From a virus (lineage: Duplodnaviria > Caudoviricetes): a stretch of DNA of 26,436 nucleotides. A program made the position numbers and the translations under genes. The stretch spans positions 1-26,436 of IMG/VR virus record IMGVR_UViG_3300006639_000021, one strand, 5' to 3'. Shown here piece by piece: positions 23,997 through 26,436 of the stretch. Below the pieces are notes generated by a model that did no database searches, was not told where the DNA came from, and worked only from the letters and a program-made list of their open reading frames with translations. Numbering within the stretch: the first letter of the stretch is position 1; each line of letters starts with the position of its first letter.

Positions 23997-25981
23997 CTCT
24001 TTCGCCCGCTAGGCCGCACGTCCATGCGCGGCGTACCCAGTTGCCACTGCACCCCCAGCCCGGTCGACGCAACGCGGAGTGACATCTGCCTGCCGCGCAC
24101 GCGGATGTACAGGTTGCCGTCGTACGGCGTGACTGTTCCCGAGAAGCGCTCGATACCCTTGTCCGCGTCACGTTGCACGGTTGCCTCGTTGGTCAGCGCC
24201 ACCGACATGTTTACGTTGGGCTCCACGCTGTCCACGCCCCGCGTGTAGCCCGAGCCTGAGTTCTGAAGCGGCAGCAGCGCCATCGTGAGCGACTGGTTCT
24301 CCACCGCCGCCGTCGAGCCTGTGAACGTCACATCCGGCAGCATCCGGCGCACGAACCCGAAGTTGTGCCCGTCGTCAATGTCGAACTCCGACGAGATGAT
24401 GTAGGACTCGATGGGGGCAGGAGACGTGGTGGACGCGTCGTCGCACCCTGTCTCGTGATTGAGCAGGCGGCGGTTGTAGTCCGCAGCGATGGGCAAGTTG
24501 GAGATGACGCTGGCGTCGATCCACGCGGTGCGTCCCAAGGAACCGTAGTACCAGATGCGCTCGGCGTAGTTGTAGACCGCGTAGCGGTCGACCACAGTGT
24601 TGGGGTTGGCGGGCGTGCCCGTGCCGTCCGGGCCGGTGATGGAGCAGTAGAACCACCATACCTCACTGAACTGCTCCACGGTGGAGGCGAAGACCTGAAG
24701 ACGCTGGGACGCGTTGAAGTCATCGAAGATGAACTTGCGGATGTCGCAGTTGAGCGTTTGCACGCGCCCATCGAAGACGTAGAACTTCTCGTCGCCCATC
24801 CAGTAGGTGACGCCTGCCGCCACTGCCCATGCACGGTCGCTGACGATGGTGACGTTGTCCGCGAGAATCTGTGAGCCCCACACGATGGGCGGGCCGAGGT
24901 ACTGGAGCGAGTACAGCGCGATGTCTGTCCAGACGAGGATCTCCTGCCGGGTCTGCGCCACGGCGCGAATCTCGGAGCCCCGGGACAGCGTCAAGTCGCC
25001 CGCCTGCGTGGTGGCAGACGGCTCCCAGTTGAGGTAATCCTCCTGATCCGACCAGCGGATCAGCATCGGGTCGAGGTCAGCGGCAGTAGAAGTGCCGAAC
25101 GGGTTGGTACCGAACACCAGCACGATGCGCGACGCATCGGACACCATGCGGTAGTTGGCTACGACAGGCGTGTTGGCAGAAGCACCGGGATCGTCAGCAA
25201 TGTTGATGCCGCGTACGGTGAACCCTGCCGAAGCGTCCCAGTAGTAGATCGCACCGCCCTTCGGGCCGTAGATCAAGTCCTCACCGAAGTTGTACGCGTT
25301 CCACAGACCGATCTGCGTGGGGACGTAAGGCGTCAGACTACCACCCCAGACCCCGCTGCCCCAAGTGCCACCGCCCCAACCCGTGAGAACACCCGCAGGG
25401 GGGTATTGGATCGCTGTACCGATGTTGGGCTGATACTGCGCTGTGACGGAGCCGCCACCGGGAGATATGTCTGATGAATTTGCCAGCACAGGGTCTCCCG
25501 TGCTCGGGTCTCGGGCGTTGATTGTGTAGCTGTTGTCGTTAATGACCGTAGCTACTTGATACTCCAGCTCAAGCACAGCCTGCGTCATGTTGCCGCCAAG
25601 GCCTGTAACGTTGTCGAACTGAACGTAGTCCCCTTCAAGCCGCCCGTGACTGGTGTGCGCCACGGTAATGACAGCGGAGCCGGTGGTAGCGCTAAACGGG
25701 TTGGTCAGCGAGTAGGTGTCGATTGGCGTAATGTCGTAGTACGCGCCGTAGTAGATGTAGTACTTGAGTTCAGTACCTAGCCCAAGGTAGACCTCCCAAG
25801 GCCAAAGTGCCCGTGCATAACCAAGGAACTGGTCGTTACTGACCTGCTGCCAGCCGCCGATCTTCTCAGGCTGTCCCGAGCGGAAACGCACCTTGTCGCA
25901 CTCGTACCATCCGCCTTCTGCGGAGTAGCGCGTGTTCTCCCGGAAGATCCCGGGCTTGAGGCGGAGTGCTTTCAGCGGCAT
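23993..25981 (-). CDS. tail tubular / head-stabilisation protein (P22 gp10-like)
   Basis: Start set at ATG 25981 (MPLKALRLKPG). GWYECDKVRF..G.PEKIGGW, IRWSDQED, WGGGTWG and beta-propeller-like composition. Confidence 0.72.
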   Translation of the reverse strand: MPLKALRLKPGIFRENTRYSAEGGWYECDKVRFRSGQPEKIGGWQQVSNDQFLGYARALWPWEVYLGLGTELKYYIYYGAYYDITPIDTYSLTNPFSATTGSAVITVAHTSHGRLEGDYVQFDNVTGLGGNMTQAVLELEYQVATVINDNSYTINARDPSTGDPVLANSSDISPGGGSVTAQYQPNIGTAIQYPPAGVLTGWGGGTWGSGVWGGSLTPYVPTQIGLWNAYNFGEDLIYGPKGGAIYYWDASAGFTVRGINIADDPGASANTPVVANYRMVSDASRIVLVFGTNPFGTSTAADLDPMLIRWSDQEDYLNWEPSATTQAGDLTLSRGSEIRAVAQTRQEILVWTDIALYSLQYLGPPIVWGSQILADNVTIVSDRAWAVAAGVTYWMGDEKFYVFDGRVQTLNCDIRKFIFDDFNASQRLQVFASTVEQFSEVWWFYCSITGPDGTGTPANPNTVVDRYAVYNYAERIWYYGSLGRTAWIDASVISNLPIAADYNRRLLNHETGCDDASTTSPAPIESYIISSEFDIDDGHNFGFVRRMLPDVTFTGSTAAVENQSLTMALLPLQNSGSGYTRGVDSVEPNVNMSVALTNEATVQRDADKGIERFSGTVTPYDGNLYIRVRGRQMSLRVASTGLGVQWQLGTPRMDVRPSGRKS

Positions 25982-25985
25982 GGTG

Positions 25986-26390
25986 TTACTTTGTGGCGAC
26001 ACCCTTGGCTTTTTCGTAGGTCCTCAAACCGCCGATGCCAAGCATGCCAGACAGAACAACCCAAAGCAGGTCGGTCTCAACCGTAGGAGGTGCAGGCCAG
26101 CCGTGGATAGAGCCCACCCAAGTCAGCACCGGCTGACCGAGCGTAGCGTACATCAAACCCAGGCCACCGACCCAGCCCACGAACGGTCTCCACCCAGCAA
26201 CCCACACGGAGGGATGGAGCGCCTCTTTGGCGTTGATCTCCAGTTGGGCAATGACTTGTTTCAACTCCCCGTCCATCGCCTGCTTGAGGAACTCAGCCTC
26301 TGCCTCACGGCGTTTTTCGGGGTCGGGGACGAACCGATCAAGGAGCGTCTTTCCCACCTCAAGGATGGGGCCGAGAAAGAGCGGGTTCAT
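25986..26390 (-). CDS. holin (3TM / GTA-type)
   Basis: LLDRFVPDP, AGWRPFVGWV, GMLGIGGLRTYEK signature. Lies next to the endolysin. Confidence 0.85.
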   Translation of the reverse strand: MNPLFLGPILEVGKTLLDRFVPDPEKRREAEAEFLKQAMDGELKQVIAQLEINAKEALHPSVWVAGWRPFVGWVGGLGLMYATLGQPVLTWVGSIHGWPAPPTVETDLLWVVLSGMLGIGGLRTYEKAKGVATK

Positions 26391-26397
26391 AGTGACC

Positions 26398-26436
26398 TCA
26401 CATGGTCAGGATGTCGCAGCAGCGACGGGCCCACCC
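26398..26436 (-). CDS. 3' end of a probable GH108-type endolysin (partial)
   Basis: Reverse strand reads GWARRCCDILTM*. GWxRR is the usual C-terminal motif of GH108 lysins, and it sits upstream of the holin. Confidence 0.5.
   Translation of the reverse strand, partial: GWARRCCDILTM

Overview
A 26.4 kb segment of a GC-rich tailed dsDNA bacteriophage with a podovirus-like gene set; no host genes are visible. The + strand arm (1-12909) is the early/replication module: small ORFs, VRR-NUC nuclease, family A DNA polymerase, Cas4/RecB-like exonuclease, HNH protein, DEDD exonuclease, SNF2 helicase, an Acb2-like anti-CBASS protein, an SSB-like protein, an HTH regulator and a primase-helicase. The convergent - strand arm (12991-26436) holds virion and lysis genes: a large polyvalent internal protein, ejection-type proteins, tail proteins, a holin and the end of an endolysin. 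The main finding is that the DNA polymerase A gene is fractured. An N-half ends in a 108-aa N-intein and a separate C-half begins with a 26-aa C-intein, with a free-standing HNH-type homing endonuclease gene between them in a third reading frame, overlapping both. The polymerase would therefore need protein trans-splicing. Other notable signals: acb2 bracketed by a 12-bp direct repeat, a stand-alone IleRS-type zinc-finger ORF, a candidate anti-Shine-Dalgarno small RNA at the arm junction, and GNAT and metallopeptidase modules in the giant virion protein. All family calls come from motif recognition by eye; no database searches were run.
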